Part shown: positions 50,575 to 64,000 of the stretch, piece after piece
Position numbering within the stretch: the stretch's first letter is position 1
Layout: every line of letters starts with the position of its first letter
Source: Trichoplax adhaerens
Lineage: Eukaryota; Animalia; Placozoa
Direction of reading: 5' to 3'
DNA length: 64,000 nt
Assembly: GCF_000150275.1 (NCBI RefSeq)
Contig: NW_002060945.1
Span: forward strand, 1,740,199 to 1,804,198
Translations under genes and position numbers: made by a program
Notes under the pieces: model-generated
The model's input: only the letters and a program-made list of their open reading frames with translations
Databases searched by the model: none
Told to the model about the DNA's origin: nothing

Positions 50575-51658
50575 ATGCGAATACATCTACTGCTAAAGTT
50601 TTGGCTACATTCAAATCATAAGGGGTTGATTATGTGTCTATCGACATACAGTACATATCTTGGCCTCGTCACTAGGATATGATTGTAATTTTATAGTCGA
50701 TAACGTGCTAATAAAATCTGCGATTAAGCATGAGGATTCATGTATTGGAATAATAAGACTTTTTATGCGTACATATACAGAAAAAGATTCATAAGCTGTG
50801 TTATATCTAATGTTCTACGCCTTCAAGAGATCATCAACTACCGTACCTACAATCCTGACTCATTCAAAACAGGAATAACTAGATTGATAAATCGATAGTA
50901 AAGATCGGTTTTCATTTATAATTAATTCATCTTAGTAATTAATACAATTTTAAGCAATGATCCAATAGGCTGGCGATATGGCTTACACTATACAGTAGCT
51001 TAAGCATGATTTTGAAATGGGATACGTTCCATGTTTTCTAGTTTCTAGTTCAAAAAGGATAACGTTGCATGATTACCAAAGGAAGGTCTTGATCGCATTA
51101 CAATCGATAGAGTACAGCTTGACCAAGACCTTGCTCTTGATGCACTTCCTAATCAGACCTGGAACGCATTTTTATGCCATCTTAGAGATATTGGAAAGGA
51201 TAAAACTAGCACTGGATGATCACCCAAGTAAGACATGAATCGCCTTTATCGTTGTATTAATCCAATAAAAAAATGAGACTATACTCGCATCGCTGTTATG
51301 CATTTCTAATCCGAACTAGAACGGTATGTTGAATGAAAGGATAATGCTTACTGCTTTTGGATAATCACCAAAGACTTCGATTGCCTTCGATTTCGCATTT
51401 GCTGCATACCAATAATACAATTTGAAGCATTAAGATGACAACGCTCGTAGTGAATGAATTCCTTAATCGAAGCTTTAATGCTAAATCAGTTTGCTGGAAA
51501 GTATTAATTACTGTTTTTACATGATTCTACGATCCGATTTTGCATGTTATTCCAAACAGTAATGGAATTAATAGAAGTCTAACGCCATTGCTATTTATAT
51601 ATTTTATTTCTAAGAGAAACAGGAGTGCCCATGCTGCTGTAGGGAAAAAAAAGAATAG
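50575..51658 (+). CDS. Candidate small orphan gene ending in a Cys cluster
   Basis: Exon-like 51049-51227 (tttctag|...|gtaaga) is open and splices in phase to 51615-51658 (KKQECPCCCREKKE*). The first exon from ATG 50575 has a weak donor. Confidence 0.22.
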
Positions 51659-52269
51659 CAGCTACAACGTTCGGATGATCATCAAAGTAAGAATTTAATT
51701 GCATTGGTTCCTATATTTATCCCAATAATAGAGTATTAATGATGGAGTCATCAGATTCTGTAATTCCTTTCTAATCAAAGCTAGAATGCTATATTTTTTT
51801 ATATAGAGAAGAATGATAAATTTTGCTGCTGTTGAATTACGCGTATAATCGCCAATATAAGCTGCTCCAATAAAAAGACGCTAATTGCCTTGCTTGCTAT
51901 GTTAAAGGCCAATAATAGCATATTACGATGGCATCGTTCTTATTACTTTTTTAATCAAGTTTGGAATGTCATGCTGATTATACTAAAAATGGATAAGGTT
52001 ATTATTGGATGATGATCAAAGTAAGGATTGGATTACCTTGGTTGCTATATTTATACCAAAATTGGAACGTGATAATGGCATCATTTCGAATTCCTTTGAA
52101 ATTTTCAGCTGATGTAATAGAGCCTACATTAACCAATGCAATATCTAAAAAAGCAAAGACATTAACCTGAAAAATTACAGGCAAAAGGTTATGCTGCATT
52201 ATGAAGATATATTAAATCATGGATATCAATGCCCAATTTTCAGTATTGTGCGACAGAACTATTGTAAAG

Positions 52270-53720
52270 TCAATCAAGAAAAGAATCTTTACTATTTCAT
52301 AAGAATATCATTCATTTTTAATTGCCCAAGAGAATATGGACCTGATGACGTCGTCTTGAATACAAATTTCCTCTATCACTTTACAAGATGAAATTGATCT
52401 ATACATCTTTAGATTTCAATTTTAGCTTGCATAAAGTATCAAGTGCAAATGATGACAATGAATTTTAAGTTGTAATATTGTATATTTTCAATATACACAT
52501 CCATACTTTGGCTTTAATTCATTATTTTAATTTTTGTAACACATGAGCTTAAATGATGGCAAAGACTTCTGATTGGTAATATCATTATACACATACATGC
52601 TTAACTCCAATTCATGCTTTAGCTTGAGCAAAGTATAGAATATAGATGATGAAAATTAAATTTTAAGTAGTAATACCATGCATATTCAACATATATATTT
52701 GGGTTCCAAGTTCTCGTTTTAGCTTATACAAAGTATAGAATATAGATGATAATAATTAACTTTAGGTTATAGTATCGTACATTTTCAACATATATATGTA
52801 CTTTGGTTCCTATTTATCGTTTTAGCTTGCACAAAATATAGAATGTAGATGATGGTAATTAATTTTTAGTTGCAATACCGTACATTCTCAACATGCATAC
52901 TTTTGGCTCCAATTTACGTTTTAGTTTGCACAAAATATGGAATGTAGATGATGACAATTAATTTTACGTTGTAATATCATACATTTGTAACATACGAGAT
53001 ACATACTTTGGTTTTAATTCATCATTTTAGCTTACAAATAAAATATAGACCGGAGATGATGATATTAATTCTAAGTTGTTCTACCGTACACTATCATACC
53101 ATGGTTATAACTCATCGTTTTAGCTTACACAAAGCATAGAAGGTGAATGATGATAGTTCATTTAAATCTACAATATAATACCAATTTTCAATAGTTGTAC
53201 TTTGTTTTCAGTTCATTACTTTAGCTTTACAAGGTATAGAGTGTAGATGATAGTAAATTTTAAGGTCTGATACGATATATTTTCAATATTACTTGACAGA
53301 ACCATTACAAAATCAATCAAAAAAAAAAGTTTCCTATTTCACGACAAGGAATATCATTCATTTTCACTTGCTCAAGACAACGTGAACCGGATGATATTAG
53401 TATAAGTACATGCATCCTCCAACATTTTATATTATGAAAATGATTTATACATAATTTACTTCCAATTCACCGTTTTAAAAATCGCAAAGTATAGAATGTT
53501 GGTGATGGTGATTCATTTTAAATTGTAATACTGAACGTTTCATTGGACATTACTTTTAATTTATCATTTTTACTTTCGCAAAGTATAGAATTTGGTTGAT
53601 AGTAATTAGTACATTTTAGGTTGTAATGCCGTACACTTTCAATAGACCAATTTTAGCCTCTAATTCATTATTTTAGTTGTTATAAAGCATAGAATGTAGA
53701 TAATGATAATTAACGTTAAG
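52270..53720. repeat. AT-rich ~100-bp tandem array (~11 copies) with ~1040-bp higher-order duplication
   Basis: Unit tttagctt.ca.aaagtatagaat.tagatgat...aatttt.agtt recurs at ~52420, 52618, 52718, 52820, 52920, 53026, 53118, 53219, 53475, 53568 and 53670. The spacer 52270-52420 is repeated at 53311-53460. Confidence 0.88.
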
Positions 53721-54392
53721 ATCAAATACCTGCCAAATTATCCTAGTGCCATTTTATTGTTATAGACCATTACAGTATCCATTGAAATCTTTCAAAATTT
53801 AGACATAACATAGAAAGATATCGAGTTAATACGGTATTTATAATTTTAATTCTTTCCAGGAAAAAGAGCCATCAAGAAAAATTTATTCAGGGGCTGATAT
53901 TGTATATCTACCGTAGTAAGGGAGACGGGATGATAATGGAATTAAAAGTAATTTTTGACTTTGGTGAGAAAGAATAACAACGTAGACAAAATTTATTAAA
54001 AGTTGCATTGGACGCTAGTAGCTACGCGAGTAAATTTCAATTCAATTTTGCCATATTTTTGATCAAGTAGCTTAAAAATGCCCAAATTGGACTTAGTTTT
54101 ATTCGTCATAAACAGAATTTACATTGATTATTGCGTTGTTCCCTGGCGAGATGTCAAGAGATTTTAAATTGTTCTAGCAGTAATAATAGCCGTTGTACTA
54201 ATTTCATTTCCTTCAATAGCATCCTATATTGTCTGATAAAGTAAATTTAATTAACATGGAAATTATAGTTGTGATCTTATCATATTCAGACTTTTAGGCC
54301 ATTAACCGGATAATTCAAGCTCTAATTTTTTGTTATGCATATGCTATAAATGACCATCGTAGAAATGAAATCATTTTAACCGATATTGCACC

Positions 54393-55793
54393 TCAAAGGT
54401 ATTCAAAAACGTAATCTTCATCATCTTCAGAGTCTTTATTCTCCATTTTTACATAATCGATAGTTTCTATACATGCACTGAAACGGACGCTTTTTCGTTT
54501 CGTTTTGCCATCGATTTCAGAAATTGGAGTAGAGCTCGATGAATCTAAAGAATTACTGCGCCGTTTCTGTGGTTGTTGATCATGATTGCTAAGGTTTGAT
54601 GAATCCTTAGAAGTGGTTAGTGGATCAAAGTTACAATTATGGTCTTTCAGATGCTTATTTCCATCGCTAAATTTTAATTTTTTCTCTTCTCGAATCAAAC
54701 CCATCACATCCCATAAACGATTTTTAAAGTGCTTACGATCACCACTAAAGCAATAACCAAATGGACTGCATATGGTCATGGATAAGCAAACCCAAGATAC
54801 CACAGCAGGCATATCGCCTGGTAGAAAGTATGGCGATTGCTTTGCAAATACCACAATATACCATAAACGTAAAGGGATCCAAATTAATGACGATTTTAAC
54901 ATTATCGGTAGATAGAAGTGAGCACTACATTCATCGGTTACATTAATGTAGAGTTTATTCAACTGATTGCCGAAAGTATCAATCAAATAAAATAATTGCC
55001 ATTTAGAAGATTTTTGTGAAGAATTTGCTCTCTTTCTCATTTTACCTGAAGCAGAAGCTAAACTATGCCGGCGTGCCTTAATCCATACTGTACTTAATAT
55101 CCAACTGTAGCCAATATAGATTAATATTGCTGTTATAAAATAAGTAATTGATGTTCTCCATAATGGTTTAGATAATTGCTCAACGCGTTGATAAATATCA
55201 TCCGAGATAGAATTGGGCATGAATGTCAGTAATCTATTCTTGCCTTGACTCTTCGTGCTGTTGTTATGCGCTAAAAAGATGGTCCAAATTGTAGCACAGC
55301 TGGATGTGGCATTGTGATCATCGCGAATAGGAGAGATTTCATCAATATTGGATGGTAAATGATCATCACCATAGAATGAGATACATATTGAACAAATCAG
55401 AATAACGAATGGATAGAGAATACGGCGACGAAGTAGAAAAGGCAATTGATTACGTTGAATAGTTTTCATTAAATCACCGTACTGTTCGACTGTCATACGA
55501 ATAAATATACAAACGATGGCTAATGTCAGTAGAAGATCGGATAGTAATGGACATGAAGAGCATAACTGATGATTTACTAGATGTGAATTAATGATGGACG
55601 AGATCGATGTCGATAAGATCGATATAATTAAATTGGTATAAGCAATATGGCGAAAAAATTTCTTCGTAATACCAATTCGTAAGCTACGATTTTGATAAAT
55701 TATCGGCGACATATATGCAGTGCCAACAGCAGTTAAGATAAAAGCAGCTGCTAATGATATTATTTGCTCATCTTTTTGATTATTGATCCACAT
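54393..55793 (-). CDS. Divergent class A (rhodopsin-like) 7TM GPCR, intronless, 466 aa
   Basis: About 7 hydrophobic segments with degenerate class A motifs: MTVEQY (E/DRY), LIWIPL (CWxP), CSPFGY (NPxxY). Cys before TM3 and in ECL2; long Ser-rich tail. First ATG is at 55793. Confidence 0.72.
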   Translation of the reverse strand: MWINNQKDEQIISLAAAFILTAVGTAYMSPIIYQNRSLRIGITKKFFRHIAYTNLIISILSTSISSIINSHLVNHQLCSSCPLLSDLLLTLAIVCIFIRMTVEQYGDLMKTIQRNQLPFLLRRRILYPFVILICSICISFYGDDHLPSNIDEISPIRDDHNATSSCATIWTIFLAHNNSTKSQGKNRLLTFMPNSISDDIYQRVEQLSKPLWRTSITYFITAILIYIGYSWILSTVWIKARRHSLASASGKMRKRANSSQKSSKWQLFYLIDTFGNQLNKLYINVTDECSAHFYLPIMLKSSLIWIPLRLWYIVVFAKQSPYFLPGDMPAVVSWVCLSMTICSPFGYCFSGDRKHFKNRLWDVMGLIREEKKLKFSDGNKHLKDHNCNFDPLTTSKDSSNLSNHDQQPQKRRSNSLDSSSSTPISEIDGKTKRKSVRFSACIETIDYVKMENKDSEDDEDYVFEYL

Positions 55794-57289
55794 TTTTCCG
55801 AAGAGACCAGCAATTTCCAATTCAATCCTTTGGGTATTCAACTTAATCTTGTTTGTGTTGTATGATGTTTTAGCCTTGCAGGTATTCTCTCTACACGTGA
55901 AAAATAATTCATTTACCCTTCAAGCAAACTGAAATATGGTTGATGGAAGTCCTTCCTTACATGAATAATCTTACATAGAGGCAGCATCAATGACTTTGAC
56001 TAGGAAACCTATAAATCAACGGTATGAAAGGAATTTGTCTTGATACAAGGCCAAGGATTGATTGGCGCTAGTTGCTAAATCTGGAATACTATAGAGCATA
56101 ACATACAATATTGTTAATGGCTTTCTATTCGTCAATGGTATCGTTTTAATTTGGATAGTTAGGGTATTTAGAAGTTACTTTTATAGAATTGTCATGGATA
56201 AATTACCCTTTTATATTCGTTATTATTATCTATATTAAGAAGTGCTGCTTTGCCATATGGTGCTACAAAATTTGTTTTTGGTCAATAGTTTGAATAGATT
56301 TAACGCTGTTAGTATCGATTTGCTGTTGTGTTTGGTAAAATATACATTTGGTAAATAAGAATGGACTGTAGGTAATAAGCAATCCAATAAACTGATAAAG
56401 CAATATCTATTAACACGGTGATAGAGTGCAATTCTAGCTTTGAAGAATGCTGATCTATAGGATAATACAACTTACTTTCAAGTAGATCAAGAACTAAGCC
56501 GCCATCATCAAGCGAAAGTGATATTATTCTTTTACTTAACAGTCATAAAACTGGAAATACTCGTGTGAAGTGAATATAGAGAAAATACTTAACTTAGATC
56601 TGCATGCAATGGTGTTAATAAACATGCGTGCGGTTGGCAGTCAAAAGTGTGAAACAACTTTACAGGTGGATTATTAATTTTTTCTTTATTAACAATTTTC
56701 TAACTAATGATGCCATTTCTTTTCACTAGATACTACGATATAATTTACACTCAATTTACCGTTAGCAAAATCTTTAACGTTTACAATGATGAAATTCTCT
56801 TCTTTATGTCAATATTCAACGATTGGTCGTTTGATTTACTCATTCAATAGCTTTATCTTCACTTCTTAGATATATAAATAGTATTAATTAACTTATTTTC
56901 ATAGCAAAATAGGAACAGTTGGCTGATTGACTAGAAGTAATATCCTATAAAGAGATGGCCGATAAAAGGACTTAATCGATAGTGTGAATCAGCTGATTTT
57001 TGTGCTAAAAAATATCAATGGTTGATCAGGTGACTAGAAATGGCATTGCACTGAGAGATGTTCAATAGTAATACTGGATTGATTCTGTGAATCAACTAAT
57101 TTTCACTGCAAATACGAACGGTTGATCGATTAATTAGAAACGGTATTGTATAGAGTGAAAATAAAGATAAGTACTTGATTGATGACAATAATTCAATGAG
57201 TCGTTTGCATAATAGTATGGGAGGAAAAAGTATGAATGAGTAATTTTTAATTACCTTTCGCTTCTAATGTCATCGTTTAATATAGGTTG

Positions 57290-59490
57290 GAAATGGTAGC
57301 AATTTATTTTATTCTATCCGTATGTTTATTGCGGGTATTATCAATCACTACAGCAATATCAAAAATCTTGTTGATCAAAGCTAGATCACTATCTGCAAGA
57401 TATTGACGACCTTAATCATTAATCATGACTACCGTTCTGTGAATCCAATGTTTCTATACTATCATAGTTTAGTCTGTTACTGGAAACGATAGTACCTTCT
57501 ACTTGTATATTTACTGCCTATCGTGATAGGAATATTTAAAATATTATAGATCATTGTAAAATCATTGTGTACAATTTATTGCGGACCGTGATCGACATTC
57601 TATTCGTCTCTCCCTTATTTTTTGGTTATTTTCAAGTTGACTTTATTTAATTTATTGCTAGAAATAGTAGCATCTTATTCTATCGCATGCTAATTATCTA
57701 TCGTGATAATATCAAAAAATTTTGTAGATCTTTTTATCGATGTAATAAAGTCTTAATATATTTTCTATTATTATTCTTAATACTATAGTCTTTTAGTATT
57801 CTCACATTTTTGGAAACAGTAGCATCTAATTCCAATCGTATTTTTGTTATCTGTTGCGTGTATTTTCTACTATTCTTTAAACTACTATTTTGCTGGAAAC
57901 AAGAAACATCTTATCCTACTCTATCATACAGTCTTATGTATATTGTCTATCGCGATAGCGATGTCCAAAATCTTCTGGATCAATTTCAACCAATGCTTAG
58001 AGAAGCTTCTATTTAAGTGAGTTGTGTCATGCTCGACATACTATAGTCCCTTACGTATTTTTTTACCATTCTTTATACCGCTATCTTTCAGCATATTGAT
58101 TGCAATATTAAAGAATTTTATCATACTGGGTACTACAAACCGTAATCGCGATTGGCATCCTTTAAATCCATAGTGTATTTTCTGTGATTCTTTATACAGC
58201 TATCTTTCTGCATATTACTGGAAGCTTAGCATCTTTTCCTACTCGTATGCATATTATCTATCGCGATAGCAATATTCAAATCTTGTAGATCATTAGCGGC
58301 ATTCTATAAGTCTCCTTTATATTTCTGTTATTTCTATAGCATCGTCTTTCGTTGTATTGCTGAACACTATTGCCCCTTGTTCTACTCACATATTTATTAT
58401 CGATAACAATGTCGAGAATCTTGTCAATCAATGTATGCAATACTTTATAGGCAGTCATTCTTATCCACACTGTTAATAGTCCCTATGTATTTTGTTACTG
58501 TATGCACTATCGGCTTTCGGTATATTGGTGGGCATTGCAGCATGTTACTCAGCTCACATACTTATTATCTATTCTTATAGCAATATTAAGAATCTTGTCG
58601 ATCAACGCTAAATCAAGGTATTCTATAGCTTGTAGATAGTCATTCTTATCGACGTTTTGATATAAACCCTTTATGTATTTCTGTTATTCTCTATCGTCTG
58701 CTAGTATTTTACTAGACATTGTGGTATGTTATTCTACTCACATGTTTATTATCTATCACGATAGCAATACCAAGACTCTTGTCAATTTAATGTACGTAAT
58801 ACCTTGCAGACAGTCATTCTTATCCTCTTTTTCTTTACAAGCTCTTTGTGTATTTCATTCTATATATTGGCGGACATTGTGGCATATTATTCTACTCGCA
58901 CGCTTGTTATTATCTATTATCATAGCAACATTAAGAATTTTGTCGATCGACATTAAATAAATGTATTCTATAACTTGAAGAGAGGCATTCTTATCGACAT
59001 TTTCTATATAGGCCCTTTATATATTTTGCTATTCTATACACTATCGTCTTTCTGCATACGTTAATTAATGGATAATCGGATATTGCTGCATGTTGTTCTT
59101 AATATATATCATGATAGCCCTATTAAAATTTTTTTCGATCGATCAATGCATGCAATATCTTGCAAATAGTTCTTGTTAACATTCTAACAGTTCGCTGTGT
59201 ACTGTATTTTTGTTATTCTATATACTGTCACCTTTTGGTTTTTGCTAGACACCACACCATTTTATTCTACTCACATGCTTATGATCCATCAAGATAGCAA
59301 TATCAAAAATCTTATTGATCAATTATTGCAGCATCTTGCAGATAATTATTCTTATCAACATTCTATTAGTCCGCTATCTAATTTTGTTATCCTTTAACTG
59401 TCATCTTTGGGTACATTACTGAAAGTTGTTGCATTCCATTTTATTCTATTCGCATGTGGATTATCAAAAGATAATGTCTTGCAGATCAAT
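57290..59490. repeat. Degenerate tandem array, ~150-200-bp unit, ~12 copies
   Basis: Block attctactc.cat.t.ttattatctatc.cgatagcaatat.aa.aatcttgt.gatcaa recurs at ~57340, 57520, 57700, 57945, 58255, 58395, 58560, 58745, 58905, 59100 and 59280. Confidence 0.88.
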
Positions 59491-62400
59491 ATTAGATAAA
59501 TACAGGCGGTACCTCGTAGGTAGTAACCTTTATCGATATTCTAAAGACCATAACTGTATATAATGTAATTTTTATTGCCAGCTATTGCAGCATGATTGTT
59601 CAAGTTAATAATAAGGGTTAAAGGTAATCATATCACTGCCAAGTTTGAAGATGGCAAAATTAATAGAAAATAATAGCAGTCGTTCCATGTCAATCTAAAA
59701 TAAAATACATCATTATGCTGCTTAAAATACCTAATATATGTATTCAAAGATTTATTACCAAATGTTATTGGTGGCTTTTGTTAATTTAAATATTTATTTC
59801 CCTCTTTCTTGACGTCATTGTTTTAAGATTGTAAAAGCATCAAAATGAATTAATTTTAAGAGTAATCCCATAAATCATGTAATAGTTATTCGTGGAATAG
59901 CATGGTTGTACGTGATTATAATTTAGAATTTTAAGAAGAACAGACATTATTTTCATTTTTTTATTGTATAAAAGTTAAGAATCTACGATGTTGGGTAACT
60001 GCAATGTAGAAAGCCATTTTAAAATCGTCACTTTGATATAAGATAGAGTGCGTAAATATGTAATTAAATATAGGTAGATATCAAATAATTTTTTCTGTAG
60101 TCTTAAATTTACCACATGTTATTAAACTCAGAATAACTTCTTTCTACTTAAGAAAGAATGGTTTACTGACTATTATCTTCGGAAAACCTATGTAACCCTA
60201 GATTTGTAACTATTCTCTACAATTATGATCAAATAATAATTACTTTAGAATGTTGCACGATAAACACTTACGATGATTGGACTTATTTATCATTGATGGC
60301 TAGTGCTAATCGCCTATGATTAATTATCATCACGACTTGGTAATTAATTGCTGTATTTCTCTGTTATTTATTTTTATTTATTATTTCACACTCAATACTT
60401 TTTTTTTCTAATTTGTTTTTATATCGTATCAGTACAGCCTCAGTTTTATCAATATCAGACTATAGCACTTGTATCATTAACGTGTTTATGCAAGTAATGA
60501 CGATAGTTAGGAACGATATTGATTTTGTGATAATTTTGATAATATCCGATATTGGATTAAGCTATTCTTTAGAAGAAGCCTTGAGGAATGATAATAGATG
60601 TTAGAATTATGTCTGGAAAAGTTCTTGCTAGTTCTGATTGATGCCTTGGGCACCAATACTGTACGTTTATTCACATTTATAAGCCCTCTTCTGTATAACA
60701 GTATTATACTACTTAAAACAGCCGTGAGTTATCTAATTACTGAACCCTAGCGACTAAAAGGATAGAAAATAACGATGGTCAAAGCATTAGTGAAGTTTGT
60801 AAAATGCAATAGAGCCTTTCGTCATCGATCTGTTAATTAATGCTACTTTCTAGGGTAAAAGTAGACAATTAATAAGGGTCAGCTGAGTTCGAGAGCCACT
60901 ACTTTGAAAAGTACTATCTTGATGATTGAAATACTGCTTAAATGCTAGAGTTAAGTTGATGAATTAGCATTCCACCTTGACAAGTAAAAGTAATAGTTCG
61001 AAATTGTGACAGAGTGATGATCAAAAAATATTTAGTACGATGAGTAAAGTCATCATTAAAGTTCCATATTTTATCCAGAAATGTGCGTGTTGTACAAGTT
61101 ACTAGTACGACCACGAGATTAATTAATAATTAGTTCGCTTAAAAAATCTACAGTAAGTAAGCTTTCTAATCTAGGTACAAGAAAAATAATCCATTTCGTG
61201 TATAAAGTCAATGTAAGTCATAAGCAAGTTTGCAATAAGAAGTCTGTGGATATTAAAAAAAATTGGATCGGTCACTTTTGAATGAAAAAATTAATATACT
61301 TCGAATACTAATAATGGCAAGTACCGTATTAAGGCAAAATAGCTAGGTATAAATGCAAGAGTATGACATTTAGATTATTATAATAACATTGAAAAGTTAC
61401 TGGATACTTTGTTAGAAAAGTAAAGTAAGTTTATATTCATCATTCTCGGTTTATATAGGTAGATTACTCTTTCGTTCACTCACATTACCGTTTCGATAGC
61501 CTAGCACGATATCCTATTTCACCTTTGGGTTGTCGTCTAATTCGTTGCCGTCCAATTCTGAAAGCGTTTTAAATAAAAGGGGATGGTAATTTTAATGTTT
61601 ACTACAGTATACAGCAGCAGTCAAGTAAAATGGCAATTTCCTGTAATCGAGTAGACAAACGCCTACGTCTAATAGCTAAATATTTTATTAAGGTCATATA
61701 AAAAAGTTATTAGGGCGTATACAATATGCTGGAGACTTGTACTCTGTACTCTGGACGCCAGGTTACCGATTGGCTATCGGCTATCATTCTATGCGTAGCT
61801 ATATTAATACTATAGATTTAAGCGTGGCTGATCAAGTAAACTATTCGCTAGACCACACTGACAGCATAGCGCAAATTAAACTGCAATATTTGCAAAATGA
61901 AACTTGAAGAGACTGAAATTTTACTGCTTCCGAAGTTAATCGATCATCTCTTGTTTGACCTAATAATCTATCCTAGCGTAGCCCTCCGCTACATTTAAGT
62001 AACTAAAATCTCATAACAACTTGCTATAATAGATTAACGGCAATCATGAATGAGTACTGAATAATTGGACAGTGTGTACACCTTTTATCTAAGCTATCTA
62101 CAGTTAGTTTAATTGTATAATTATGTAGTAGGCACATTGTCATCAATTACAGCATATTAATGATGTTATAGATGTACAATTTTATCTGTGATTAGAGTTA
62201 TCATGAAGGTCTGATTATTTATTTTGGTAGCTCTCAATACCATGAAAGGTATCATTCACGTCTGAAACGGATTGTAAAAGTGGAGTTTTAAAATGTTAAT
62301 GTGAGGCAAAAAGCCTATGGAAACTACGCTATTCAATTACGGAAAAACACCTTTTATTCCGAATCGTCACTACTACACCTAATCTACTGGCTATAACAAG

Positions 62401-64000
62401 GATACGGTCTAGTTTATCATTTCAGATCATTAGATAAATTAGTACAACAATCCTTACAATCTACTCTAGGCAATTCTAATAATTACCAAATAAAGAAGAA
62501 TTAATTATTATACTAGGATACTAATGCGATAGTATAACGGTGAATACTTCCAAATTAAAATTAAAAATTCCGAAATTAATTTACCAAATTAATCCATCGT
62601 AACAGGAATATTATCATTAACAATATTATGATGCAATGCATGTTCTGAATGGCATGGTACGATTGTATACAGTAATATAGTAAACCAACTAGTCAATCAA
62701 TCCCGTTCTTGATTTATTTCCATATTTTATGTATGCAATATTTATTTATTAATATGTTCAATATCGGTTTGATAGTAGCTTGCTGTATCCGTATTGCTTT
62801 CCTATTTTGTGAAGCTTAGTTTAATTGAGTAGATATTATTCTGGAAGTGATAAATACCTGGTGATCAATATGCTGTTTACTTTAGCATTATTTGCCGGAA
62901 TGGTGCAGCCAATCGGCAATTTGGCGACATTTTATTGAATATTGCACTGCATGATCACTGTAACATCATTCCTATACTCATTCCTCTACTTGGTATATTC
63001 TATACCGTTGTAAACTGATAAATGAGTCGGTTGAAAAGGGAGATGAATTTTTTTTACATTTTGAAACGTTTTAAATCTCATCTGGATATAAATAAGTATG
63101 CTCAAGTCTATCGAAATCAATAAGAAATCGTAAATAATAATTGATTTAGACCACTGTTTAGTTGCGCTGTTGACATGCTTACATGCGGCTGAAGAAATAC
63201 ACTGTGCAGTACATCTGTGTGAAAGGCGATATTTAGATTGTCCTATAGGATTAGCCGGTTAGAGAAACTACAAATGTCATTAAGGACCAGTCTACATATA
63301 TCTTTCATTTTTCAGTCATTGCTGTATAACCGAAGGTAATTGAAACTCTATTGCTCACCCTAAGCAGTAAGCATGGACTGCTAGAAGTTCCATCGTTAGT
63401 TATGTAACACCCACCCGGTCAATACCTTTCATTTAATCGATATTATCAGCTCAAGAAGGCTATCTATGTTTTGTACAGCACAATCTAGATATTGTAGCTC
63501 TTGAAGGTGGCTAGTCTATCAGCAATGGTTAAAATCCCTTCGTTGTCAATGCAGCGTAGGTGATACTGTCGACAGTTGGTACGTCATGCAGAATATGCTA
63601 TGATGGAATGCTAGAGTTGTACTGCCAGAGTATTCTACTTGAATCTCAATGTGGCAAGGATTAATTAGCGTATTTAGTTGCTGTATGGCGTTAAAGAAGC
63701 GGATATTTTCAGGCTAGGGGAAAGGCGCAAAATTAGCTGGTCGTAGTCCCTGCATAATACTAACATGCTAGTATTGTTCCTAACGTGCATATAAGAGGAT
63801 TGCACCATTGGTATGGTAATGATCAAAATTGGCGAGTTCTATTCAACAAGAAGGTCTGAAACGGACAAATTCTCTTTTGGCTATGTAGATTCTGCTCCTG
63901 CTGGAGCATATCAAAAGATAATTGCTAATTGCTGTGCAATTAATGTACTGTATAGTAGACCATACGAGAATAGCAAAAGTTGTTTGAATCCATGGCTTAC

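Noticed and set aside
54393-55793. GPCR as an opsin
   Set aside because: No TM7 retinal-binding Lys and no opsin-specific motifs recognised.
60880-60900. B-box-like gagttcgag (also ggttcga at ~22742) as tRNA or SINE
   Set aside because: No A-box at suitable spacing and no cloverleaf.
63848-63865. gaaggtctga resembling RNase P RNA conserved region I
   Set aside because: Partial match only, the same word occurs at ~62205, and the pairing partner is not visible in the window.

Overview
This is a gene-dense, AT-rich animal genomic window with many short (~80-200 bp) GT-AG introns. The style is most consistent with a placozoan such as Trichoplax, which is an inference. Genes in order: TOP2 (+, 5' end lies before the window); a ~1271-aa type I membrane protein (-; signal peptide, uromodulin/GP2-type D8C-like domain, three beta-helix modules resembling Bark/Anakonda, TM, short tail); FAM78-like (+); La/SSB (-, with a probable U12-type intron); ING1/2-like (+, head-to-head with La); TAF5 (-); two intronless CYP3-clan P450s with two complementary pseudogene fragments; DNAJC22 (-); two weak orphan spliced ORFs; and a divergent intronless 7TM GPCR (-). 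Larger introns and intergenic spaces hold several unrelated 100-180 bp tandem arrays. The main unexplained signal is the pervasive TACAGTA/TACTGTA/TACGGTA/TACCGTA motif. Comparing duplicated segments within the window shows these as +5-bp insertions at TA sites, the form of Tc1/mariner excision footprints. They pile up into mixed-orientation pseudo-microsatellites near gene starts. No tRNA, rRNA, CRISPR array or intact transposase was found. Exon models were spliced by eye.
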